This document shows, piece by piece, positions 26,564 to 34,373 of a DNA stretch of 64,000 nt (position 1 is its first letter; every line of letters begins with the position of its first letter). The stretch is taken from contig JAZSOG010000025.1 of NCBI GenBank assembly GCA_045536845.1, positions 159,993 through 223,992 on the forward strand. The letters are read 5' to 3'. This DNA is from Kiritimatiellia bacterium (GTDB lineage Bacteria; Verrucomicrobiota; Kiritimatiellia; RFP12; UBA1067). Below the pieces are notes generated by a model that was not told the DNA's origin, made no database searches, and saw only the letters and a program-made list of their open reading frames with translations. Made by a program: the position numbers and the translations under genes.

Positions 26564-27937
26564 ATGGGATTCTTCAAGGCATACGACATGCGCGGCACCT
26601 TTGGTGTCGACTTCGACCTCGATACAGTCTACAAGGTGGGGCTTGCCCTGCCGAAAGTAGTCAAGGGAAAACGCTGGCTCGTGGGGCGCGACTGCCGCAC
26701 GACGAGCGACGCAGTTCACGATGCGCTCGTGAAGGGGCTTTCCGAGTCTGGCGCGGGAGTGAGCGACTTGGGGCACTGCACGACGCCGATGGTCTACTAC
26801 TTCACCGCCGCAGACGGCTTCGACGGCAGCGTGATGATCACCGCCTCGCACAATCCGCCGACGGACAACGGCTTAAAAGTTTCAAAGGCGACAGCGCTCC
26901 CCGTCGGCTACGCGAACGGTCTTAACGAAGTTGAGCGACTGGTCGGCGAAATGCAGTCGACGGCCGACGGCCGAAGGCCTTCGGTGAAGGATCTTCCCGA
27001 TGCACTTTCGCGCTACATCGCCTGGCAAAAAGGCCGTGTCAGCACCGCAGCGCTTTCTGGGCTAAAGTTCGCCGTGGACTGCTCGAACGGAATGTCCTCG
27101 CTTTTCGTACGCGAGATGTTCCCGGATGCGGTGCTGCTCAACGACACTCCCGACGGGACCTTCCCCGCCCATTCCCCGAATCCGCTCAAGGCCGAAGCGC
27201 GAGAGCAGATTGCCAAGGTTGTGCGCGAGAAGGGGCTTGACTGCGGCGTCATATTCGACGGCGACGCAGACCGCGCGATGTTCGTCGACGAGCGCGGCGA
27301 ATTCGTCCAGCCTGACTATTTGATTCCAATTGTGGCGAGAGCCACGATGGGAAGTGAAGAGTTAAGAGTTAAGAGTGAAGAGTTGGGGAAGGCCAAGATA
27401 ATTCATGATGTAAGGACATCGCGCGGCGCGATAGAGACGTTGCGCGAGGACGGCTTCGAGCCGGAGATGGTTCCTGTTGGCCATGCCTTTGCAAAGCCGA
27501 TCCTTCGCAAGATTGGCGCTCTTTGCGGCGGTGAGCTTGCGGGGCACTACTACTTTTCGGAGTTCTTCGGGTGTGACTCCGGTCTTCTCGCGGCGACGCG
27601 CATCCTCGGCGAGATCGCGAAGGCGAAGCAAGCGGGAAAGACTTTCTCAGAGATGATGAAGCCGATAGTCTCGCGCTACGCCAACTCGGGCGAAATCAAT
27701 TTCAAAGTTGATGATAAAGAAGCGGCCATCGAGCGCGTTCTCGCTGTCGCGAAGTCGCTTGGCGAAGAAACCGGCCGAAGCGAGATAGACGGCTATCGCC
27801 TTGAATACCGCGACGGCTGGATTTCCGTTCGCAAGTCCAACACCGAGCCGTATCTCCGCCTTCTCGTCGAATGTCGGACAAGGGAAATGCTCGACAATCG
27901 GGTTGGCCGTCTCTCTGACGCAATTGAGGGGAAGTGA
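26564..27937 (+). CDS. phosphomannomutase/phosphoglucomutase family protein
   Basis: Active-site TASHNPPTDNG; 4-domain alpha-D-phosphohexomutase layout; contains heptanucleotide repeat insertion (GSEELRVKSEELGK). Confidence 0.9.
   Translation: MGFFKAYDMRGTFGVDFDLDTVYKVGLALPKVVKGKRWLVGRDCRTTSDAVHDALVKGLSESGAGVSDLGHCTTPMVYYFTAADGFDGSVMITASHNPPTDNGLKVSKATALPVGYANGLNEVERLVGEMQSTADGRRPSVKDLPDALSRYIAWQKGRVSTAALSGLKFAVDCSNGMSSLFVREMFPDAVLLNDTPDGTFPAHSPNPLKAEAREQIAKVVREKGLDCGVIFDGDADRAMFVDERGEFVQPDYLIPIVARATMGSEELRVKSEELGKAKIIHDVRTSRGAIETLREDGFEPEMVPVGHAFAKPILRKIGALCGGELAGHYYFSEFFGCDSGLLAATRILGEIAKAKQAGKTFSEMMKPIVSRYANSGEINFKVDDKEAAIERVLAVAKSLGEETGRSEIDGYRLEYRDGWISVRKSNTEPYLRLLVECRTREMLDNRVGRLSDAIEGK
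27354..27381 (+). repeat. heptanucleotide tandem repeat (T[G/T]AAGAG)x4 inside phosphohexomutase gene
   Basis: TGAAGAGTTAAGAGTTAAGAGTGAAGAG encoding SEELRVKSEEL. Confidence 0.7.
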
Positions 27938-28806
27938 TGATCGTTGACTTCCACGTCCATTCTACGGCAAGTGACGGCACGTTTGCGCCGCGCGACATCG
28001 CGGCGGAAGCTGTGCGCGGCGGATATGCCGCGATTGCGCTCACCGACCACGACAACTGCGACGGGATCGGCGAGTTCCTTGGCGCGGAGCCGGGGCTAAA
28101 GAAAGTCGCTGGCGTGGAACTTTCGATAGAGCCAGGGGTTGGGTTTGACAAGTTCCATCTCCTTGCGCTCGGCATTGACCCGGCGAACGAATCGCTCAAG
28201 GCGTTCCTCAAGAGCATCCTTGACGGGCGCAACGCGAGGAACGAGCGCATCGTCGGCAACTTCAGGCGCATCGGCATCGAGATGGTCGACGTGCCGAAGG
28301 GCACAAGGCCTGTCTACGACTATGCCCATGGCGATGTCCTCGCGCGTCCGCATTTCGCGCGCTGGCTTATTGACAACGGATATGCGGCCGATATAGGAGA
28401 GGCGTTCGCAAAGTATCTTCTCCCAGATTCGCCCGCCGAGACGCGGTGCTACGAGGAGCGCTATCATCCGTCGCAGGAAGAGTCGTTTCGCATCGTCCAC
28501 GCGGCTGGTGGGCTCTGCGTGATGGCGCACCCAAAGTATTGGCGGCGCGAGTGGAAGACGACGGAGCCAGACTATGCTGCGGCTGCGCACGAACTTGCGC
28601 GGTTGAAGGAGAAGGGGTTGGACGGGCTTGAGGCGCTCTACCGCGCGAATTCTGTCGAGGAGAATGTCGCCTTCACGCGCATAGCCGATTCCATTGGCCT
28701 TCTCAAGAGCGCTGGAAGCGACTTCCACGGAGCCAACAAGCCGACGATTCCGCTTGGCATGCAAGTGTCGGAATCGTTCATCGCCCCGCTGCTTGAGCGG
28801 CTTTAG
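27934..28806 (+). CDS. PHP-domain (TrpH/YciV-like) phosphoesterase
   Basis: MIVDFHVHSTASDG...IALTDHD PHP motifs. Confidence 0.85.
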   Translation: MMIVDFHVHSTASDGTFAPRDIAAEAVRGGYAAIALTDHDNCDGIGEFLGAEPGLKKVAGVELSIEPGVGFDKFHLLALGIDPANESLKAFLKSILDGRNARNERIVGNFRRIGIEMVDVPKGTRPVYDYAHGDVLARPHFARWLIDNGYAADIGEAFAKYLLPDSPAETRCYEERYHPSQEESFRIVHAAGGLCVMAHPKYWRREWKTTEPDYAAAAHELARLKEKGLDGLEALYRANSVEENVAFTRIADSIGLLKSAGSDFHGANKPTIPLGMQVSESFIAPLLERL

Positions 28807-28875
28807 CGGTGATGCATTGGGGAGAGACCCTGTTTGAAGTTGCTAATTTGCACTAAACTTGATAATTTTGTTAAG

Positions 28876-28932
28876 TTATAATTTTTCTGTTGAGTGTTTG
28901 TGCGCATATATGCTAAAATAAGTGCGCACATA
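28876..28932 (+). promoter_or_regulatory. AT-rich vapBC promoter with paired palindromic boxes (putative antitoxin operator)
   Basis: TTATAAT -10-like at 28876-28882; TTGTGCGCATAT (28899-28910) and AGTGCGCACATA (28921-28932) share self-complementary TGCGCA core; RBS AGGAGG before ATG 28943. Confidence 0.4.
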
Positions 28933-28942
28933 AGGAGGAAGA

Positions 28943-29194
28943 ATGAATATAACTTTGGCAGCGCCGCCCAATGTCATCCAGAATGTTCGGTGTTGGGCTG
29001 AAGAGCAGGGGACAAGTCTCAACCAGTATATTCGCGATTTGCTGATTGCGAAGGATCGCGAGATTCGTCTTGAGCGCAAGTCCCTTGCTGACGAGTTCTA
29101 TTCTTTTGCGATGGCGAACTCTATCGAGATGGAGCCTGGATACAAGTATAGCCGCGTTGATGCCGCCGAGCGGTCGTTGGAGTGCGACAAATGA
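28943..29194 (+). CDS. vapB: antitoxin of VapBC-type toxin-antitoxin module
   Basis: 83-aa ORF immediately upstream of and overlapping PIN-domain gene; AT-rich promoter with palindromic TGTGCGCA boxes upstream. Confidence 0.6.
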   Translation: MNITLAAPPNVIQNVRCWAEEQGTSLNQYIRDLLIAKDREIRLERKSLADEFYSFAMANSIEMEPGYKYSRVDAAERSLECDK

Positions 29195-29598
29195 GGTTCT
29201 TTGACACGAATGTCCTTGTCTATGCCGCGAGTAGGCAGGATCCGCGCAAAAGGGAAATCGCGCTCGGTTTGCTGCGGCATGCGCTTGAAGTGAACCACGA
29301 CGGGGTGATTTCGCTTCAGATACTCCAGGAGTTCACCAACGTCATGTTGAAAAGGTCCCTTGCGACGGACGAGCAGATCGAGGGCTACTACTCGTATTAC
29401 TACCGTCTCGTCAGGAGCGAGGTGACGTCGGACATGCTGCGCGAGGCGATCCACATTCGGCGCCAATACGGAATACAGTATCACGATGCCGTGATGATTG
29501 CAGCGGCGAAGAAGCTTGGGTGCCATGAAATTGTCACGGAAGACCTGAACGACGGACAAGTCTACTGCGGCATGGCCGTGGTCAATCCATTCAAATAA
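29191..29598 (+). CDS. vapC: PIN-domain ribonuclease toxin VapC
   Basis: MRFFDTNVLVYA (Asp in first strand), conserved acidic residues EDLND..., 135 aa; ATGA overlap with antitoxin. Confidence 0.8.
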   Translation: MRFFDTNVLVYAASRQDPRKREIALGLLRHALEVNHDGVISLQILQEFTNVMLKRSLATDEQIEGYYSYYYRLVRSEVTSDMLREAIHIRRQYGIQYHDAVMIAAAKKLGCHEIVTEDLNDGQVYCGMAVVNPFK

Positions 29599-29608
29599 AA
29601 TGGGGCGG

Positions 29609-29620
29609 TTTTGGTATAAT
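29609..29620 (+). promoter_or_regulatory. extended -10 promoter TTTTGGTATAAT upstream of secreted protein/rSAM operon
   Basis: GGTTTTGGTATAAT; gene start 29645. Confidence 0.5.
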
Positions 29621-29644
29621 TTCAGGCAAAGGAACGCAACAGTG

Positions 29645-30640
29645 AAAATGAAGATTGGAGTTGGTCTTGCCGCGCTGTCGGCTCTCGCGGCGGAAGGGAA
29701 GGACTTTGACCGCGCCGAGCTGAACGCGATGCTAGACAAGCTCGCCGCCTCGCCGGAACCGAAGGTTCGCCGCGGGCCGCAGGCGACATGCTATAAAATG
29801 GCGATGCCGCAACCTGAGCGCTTCGAGTATGTTTGCAAGAAGTGCGGAACGCACACCGTCTATCCTGCGAATACGCGGCAGATGGCCAGCTGGCTTGCAC
29901 GTTACCGCGACGACGAGGCAAGTCTCAAGGCCATTGGGCTCGACATCTCGCTCGATGAGTCGGTGCTTTGCCAGAAGTGCAAGTCGGCAAAGGATATTGG
30001 ACTTCCTGAGGAGCTTGGCGTCCCAACTGGCGGAACGATTATCGACAGACCTAAAGAAGAGGCGGCGGCTAAGGAGTTTGGATGGGAAATCGGCGGCAGA
30101 GTTGAAATAATCCATTGCTACGACACCTCGGACATTTACTATGTTTGGCCTACGCCCAGAGACTGTTGGATAAGCGCAAAGTATGTGTCGGAGACGGGGG
30201 AAATTCTTGGCGACAGCGTGAATGTCCGCATCGCGCCGCGAATCGACGCCAAGGTGGTGTGGCTTGTCAGCAAGTCCGACAAGCCGGTTAGGCGCCTGCC
30301 CGCCAAACCGGGCGATCCTGCGGAGTGGGTGCGTATAGAGGCCAGAAAGGAGTGGTTCCAGATAAGCGAAGAGACGACAGGCCGGCATAGTTTCCCCGTG
30401 CCCAAGAAGTTGTTGGGGGATTTGTCCTATGGCAGTGGGGCTTCCTCCAATCCTGCCCGCTTCAACAAACTGGCTTGGGTCATCGACGGCAAGCGGACGA
30501 TTGTCCGCACCTATGACGCAAGGATTTTGAAGGCGTTCCTGACCGGCAAGACGATTTGGAAACGGGAGTTTGACGAGGAGGTTTCTGTCAAGAATGCGCT
30601 TCCCCGCCTCAGGGAGCTGCTGGGAGAGCCGAAGAAGTGA
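29645..30640 (+). CDS. secreted hypothetical protein with two CxxC pairs, translationally coupled to radical-SAM/SPASM gene
   Basis: Signal peptide MKIGVGLAALSALAA; YVCKKCGTH...LCQKCKSAKD zinc-ribbon-like; stop TGA overlaps GTG start of next gene. Confidence 0.5.
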   Translation, partial: KMKIGVGLAALSALAAEGKDFDRAELNAMLDKLAASPEPKVRRGPQATCYKMAMPQPERFEYVCKKCGTHTVYPANTRQMASWLARYRDDEASLKAIGLDISLDESVLCQKCKSAKDIGLPEELGVPTGGTIIDRPKEEAAAKEFGWEIGGRVEIIHCYDTSDIYYVWPTPRDCWISAKYVSETGEILGDSVNVRIAPRIDAKVVWLVSKSDKPVRRLPAKPGDPAEWVRIEARKEWFQISEETTGRHSFPVPKKLLGDLSYGSGASSNPARFNKLAWVIDGKRTIVRTYDARILKAFLTGKTIWKREFDEEVSVKNALPRLRELLGEPKK

Positions 30641-31623
30641 CGACGATTCTTCCATCTGTCGCCGTTCTGGAGATGACGTACCGCTGCAACCACGCGTGCA
30701 GGTTCTGCTCGTGTCCGTGGTTCGCGGGAATGCTGAAGCCCGGGCCGGAGATGGAAGTAGACGAGTGGAAGCGGCTTATCGAGGCGTATGCGTCTGTGGG
30801 CGTGACGCAGTTTTCGTTCACCGGTGGCGAGGCGCTCCTGAAGGAAGGGTGCCTTGAGCTGATGGACTTTGCGTCGAAGCGGGCGCAGGCGGGGCTTCTC
30901 TCCAACGGACGCGCCATGACGGAAGATGTCCTGCGGTTCTGCGCCGAGCGCGGCATACACGTCATGATGAGCATGCCGGGCCTCACGTCGTTCGCGGCGA
31001 ACACCGACAGCGACACGTCCGTTGAACACATTCTCTCCATGTTCGGCAGGGCGCACGAGCTTGGCTGCGCGACGACCGTCGGCATCGCCGTCACGAAGCT
31101 CAATCTGCCAGAGCTCTACGAGACGATTTCCGCCGCTCTCGTCGCTGGCGCGGATTCACTGCTCCTCAACCGCTTCCTCCCGGGAGGACGCGGCCTTTCG
31201 CATCCGGAGCTTATGCTGACGGCGGAGGAGGTGCGCCAGATCGCCGATGTCGCGGAAGAGGTTCTCTCTCGCGCGAAGCGCCACGGGCATTTCGGGACGG
31301 AGCTTCCCGACTGCATGATCGACGCTGGGAAATACGAGTATCTCAACGTCACGACCGGCTGTTCGGCGGCGACGGACTTCTTCACCGTCGGGCCGAACGG
31401 GATGCTGCGCGTCTGCAACCACAGTCCGGTCGAGCTCGTGAAGTGGGACGAGTGGGAGAAACTCCCGGAATGCGGGGAGTGGATGCACTACGTGCGGCAC
31501 GACTATCTGCCGAAGATGTGCGACGGTTGCGACAAGGCCGCGAAGTGCCTTGGCGGTTGCCGAGAGGCCGCGCGCGTGTTCAGTGGCTCGCCAACCGCCC
31601 CCGACCCGTTGATGGAAGGGTAG
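30637..31623 (+). CDS. radical SAM / SPASM-domain maturase
   Basis: CNHACRFCSC (Cx3Cx2C) 4Fe-4S/SAM motif; C-terminal SPASM CSAATDFFTVGPNGMLRVCNHSP...CDGCDKAAKCLGGC (Cx2Cx5Cx3C). Confidence 0.85.
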   Translation: MTTILPSVAVLEMTYRCNHACRFCSCPWFAGMLKPGPEMEVDEWKRLIEAYASVGVTQFSFTGGEALLKEGCLELMDFASKRAQAGLLSNGRAMTEDVLRFCAERGIHVMMSMPGLTSFAANTDSDTSVEHILSMFGRAHELGCATTVGIAVTKLNLPELYETISAALVAGADSLLLNRFLPGGRGLSHPELMLTAEEVRQIADVAEEVLSRAKRHGHFGTELPDCMIDAGKYEYLNVTTGCSAATDFFTVGPNGMLRVCNHSPVELVKWDEWEKLPECGEWMHYVRHDYLPKMCDGCDKAAKCLGGCREAARVFSGSPTAPDPLMEG

Positions 31624-31648
31624 GCGGGTCTTCGCCTTGGGCGGCTAT

Positions 31649-31660
31649 TTTTGGTATAAT
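31649..31660 (+). promoter_or_regulatory. extended -10 promoter TTTTTGGTATAAT upstream of purA (near-leaderless)
   Basis: TATAAT ends 11 nt before ATG 31672. Confidence 0.5.
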
Positions 31661-31671
31661 ATGGGCCAGTT

Positions 31672-32949
31672 ATGAATACTGTACTCGTTGGCGCCCAGTG
31701 GGGCGATGAAGGCAAGGGCAAGGTTATTGACTTCCTGACCGAGGAAGCGGATGTCGTAGTCCGCTTCCAGGGCGGCTCGAACGCGGGCCATACCGTCGTC
31801 GTCGGAGACAAGAAATACGTTCTCCACCTCGTGCCCTCGGGCGTTCTGCACGACGGCAAGCACTGCGTAATCGGCAACGGCGTCGTAATGGACCCGTTCG
31901 ATCTCATAAAGGAACTTGAGCAGGTCGAAAGCTGGGGCTTCGAGCTCAAGGGGCGCTTCCATATCTCCGAGCGCGCGCACATGGTCATGCAGTGGCACCG
32001 CGCGATCGACAAGGCCGAGGAGGCCGCGCGTCCCGAAGGTCGCAAGATCGGCACTACCGGGCGTGGCATCGGCCCTGCCTATGCCGCTAAGGTCGGTCGC
32101 TACGGTATGCGCGTCGGCGACATCCTGCGGCCCGACTTCCTCGATCTCGTCCGCGTCCAGGTCGAGGACGCGAACCGCGCGCTCGCGGCGCTCGGCGCGC
32201 AGCCGCTCGATCCCGAGGAGATGGTGCGCCTCTATTCCCCCATGGTGACGGCGCTAATGCCATACGTCACGGACACCATCCAGTTCCTCCACGAGAACCT
32301 CGACGCCAAGAAATCGGTCCTTTTCGAAGGTGCCCAGGCGACGATGCTCGACATCGACTTCGGCACCTATCCCTTCGTCACGTCGTCGAATCCGACGGCT
32401 GGCGGCGCATGCACTGGCTCGGGCGTTCCCCCGCGCGCGATAGACCGCGTGATCGGCGTCCTCAAGCTCTACACGACGCGCGTCGGAGAAGGTCCGTTCC
32501 CGACCGAGCTTTTCGACGAAGACGGCGAGACGCTGAGGAAGCGTGGCGGCGAATTCGGCGCGACGACGGGTCGCCCGAGGCGCTGCGGATGGTTTGACGC
32601 GGTTGTCGCGCGCTATGCCCAGCGTGTAAACGGCGTCGACTTCTGGGCGATGACGAAGCTCGACGTCCTCGACACTTTACCTGTCGTTAAGATCTGCACT
32701 GGCTACAAGCGCGACGACGGTTTTGTCTACCAGACGTTCCCCGCTGACCTTGCGGTTCTCAAGCGCTGCACGCCAGTTTACGAGGAACTTCCCGGCTGGC
32801 AGTGCGAGACGTCGCATATAACCGACTATTCCGAACTTCCCGAAAACGCGAAGAAGTACGTGAATCGCATCCTCGACCTCGTCGGCGGTAAGCTTGGCGT
32901 CCTCTCGGTCGGCCCAGCTCGCGAGACCACTCTGAGGATTAACGTTTAA
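31672..32949 (+). CDS. purA: adenylosuccinate synthetase
   Basis: VLVGAQWGDEGKGKVIDFLTE P-loop, GTTGRGIGPAY, typical PurA 425 aa. Confidence 0.95.
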   Translation: MNTVLVGAQWGDEGKGKVIDFLTEEADVVVRFQGGSNAGHTVVVGDKKYVLHLVPSGVLHDGKHCVIGNGVVMDPFDLIKELEQVESWGFELKGRFHISERAHMVMQWHRAIDKAEEAARPEGRKIGTTGRGIGPAYAAKVGRYGMRVGDILRPDFLDLVRVQVEDANRALAALGAQPLDPEEMVRLYSPMVTALMPYVTDTIQFLHENLDAKKSVLFEGAQATMLDIDFGTYPFVTSSNPTAGGACTGSGVPPRAIDRVIGVLKLYTTRVGEGPFPTELFDEDGETLRKRGGEFGATTGRPRRCGWFDAVVARYAQRVNGVDFWAMTKLDVLDTLPVVKICTGYKRDDGFVYQTFPADLAVLKRCTPVYEELPGWQCETSHITDYSELPENAKKYVNRILDLVGGKLGVLSVGPARETTLRINV

Positions 32950-32981
32950 TAGGGGTCAGGAGTCAGGGGACAGGAGTCAGT

Positions 32982-33662
32982 ATGGGATTGCGGCATTTGG
33001 CCGTCATCATGGACGGTAACGGCAGGTGGGCCAAAAAGCACCATCTGCCGCGGCTCGCAGGTCACAGAGCCGGTGCCGAGTCTCTTGACCGCACGATGCA
33101 CTGGTGCAAAGAGGCTGGGATAAGCTACCTGACCGTCTATGCTTTCTCTACCGAGAACTGGAAGCGCTCGAAGGGCGAGGTCGCGGGGCTGATGAAGCTC
33201 CTTTCCCACTTCATCAAGGCGAAGGAGAAGGAGCTTATCAAGAACGGCATCGCGTTTCGCGTCATCGGACGGCGCGAGGATCTTTCGCCAAAACTCCAGA
33301 AGGAAATCGTCGCGCTGGAGGAGAAGACGAAAGGCGGGGATTTCACGCTTGTCGTCGCGCTTTCCTACGGCGGGCGAGACGAGATCGTCAGGGCAGCAGC
33401 CAAGTTTGCGGAGCAGGGTCGTGGAGAGAATCTGGAAGAGGCGTTTGCGAATTGCCTCGATACTGCGGGGATTCCCGATCCGGACTTGATTGTGAGAACA
33501 TCGGGTGAGCTGCGGCTTTCCAATTTCCTGCTCTGGCAGGCGGCGTATGCCGAGTTCTATTTCACCGACGTCCTCTGGCCGGACTTCGACAAGGCCGAGT
33601 TCGACAAGGCGATCGCCAGCTTCTCGAAGCGCGAGCGCCGAATGGGAGGAAGACTTAAATGA
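32982..33662 (+). CDS. uppS: undecaprenyl-diphosphate synthase (cis-isoprenyl transferase)
   Basis: HLAVIMDGNGRWA...YLTVYAFSTENWKR...RTSGELRLSNFLLWQAAYAEFYF. Confidence 0.9.
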   Translation: MGLRHLAVIMDGNGRWAKKHHLPRLAGHRAGAESLDRTMHWCKEAGISYLTVYAFSTENWKRSKGEVAGLMKLLSHFIKAKEKELIKNGIAFRVIGRREDLSPKLQKEIVALEEKTKGGDFTLVVALSYGGRDEIVRAAAKFAEQGRGENLEEAFANCLDTAGIPDPDLIVRTSGELRLSNFLLWQAAYAEFYFTDVLWPDFDKAEFDKAIASFSKRERRMGGRLK

Positions 33663-34372
33663 ATCCAGTTCTTAAGAGAACTCTAACGGGGTTGGCGGTT
33701 GGTGCGGTGGTGATTTGTGTCGCACTCTTTGCTCCGCCGATGGCAATAACATCGGTTGCCGTGTGCTTGATTTTGCTGTCGGCAATCGAGTTTGCTTTCT
33801 TGATGCGCAAGAAGAAGCCGAGCATATGGAGCTGGGAAGTCTTGGACGCACTGGGGTTCATTTTCGGAGTGGGGCTGATTGTAAACGGACTTTGGGCGCT
33901 CGCCAAGATCCCGGCTCTGTATGGCGATGCAATGTGCGGAGGTTTGCGTCTTGGTAATGTGATGCTTCTTTATGTAATTGCCATCGTGAAGTTCTCTGAT
34001 GTAGGTGGTTTCGCGTTCGGCCTCACTTCCGCCAAGCTGATGAAGGGTGGCAACCACAAGATGTGCCCGACGATTTCGCCGAACAAGAGCTGGGAAGGGC
34101 TCTTCGGCTCTGTCTTTGCGTCGTGTTTAGTTTCGTGCTGTTTTATGGGTGCGACTGGTTTTAGCGTCGCCAAGTCACTCGCGTGCGGCGTGACTGCCGC
34201 GCTCGTGGGGACGGCGGGCGACCTCGTTGAGTCGAAGTTCAAGCGCTGGGTCGGCGTCAAGGATTCTTCGACGATGAAGATCACGAACGGAATGGGTGGA
34301 TTCCTCGACATGATCGACTCTCTTCTCTTCGCGCCCGCCGCACTCTATTTCCTCATGGGGCTCAAGTTCTGA
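33659..34372 (+). CDS. cdsA: phosphatidate cytidylyltransferase-family protein (CdsA-like) with substituted catalytic motif
   Basis: Multi-TM; C-terminal CTP_transf_1 block SKFKRWVGVKDSSTMKITNGMGGFLDMIDS aligns to consensus S..KR..GVKDSG..IPGHGG.LDR.DS but His and Arg are replaced (GMGG...DMIDS). Confidence 0.75.
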   Translation: MNPVLKRTLTGLAVGAVVICVALFAPPMAITSVAVCLILLSAIEFAFLMRKKKPSIWSWEVLDALGFIFGVGLIVNGLWALAKIPALYGDAMCGGLRLGNVMLLYVIAIVKFSDVGGFAFGLTSAKLMKGGNHKMCPTISPNKSWEGLFGSVFASCLVSCCFMGATGFSVAKSLACGVTAALVGTAGDLVESKFKRWVGVKDSSTMKITNGMGGFLDMIDSLLFAPAALYFLMGLKF

Positions 34373-34373
34373 A

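Noticed and set aside
32950-32981. Short GGAGTCAG-like iterations (GGGTCAGGAGTCAGGGGACAGGAGTCAG) between purA and uppS
   Set aside because: Too short and degenerate; it likely just contains the uppS RBS region.
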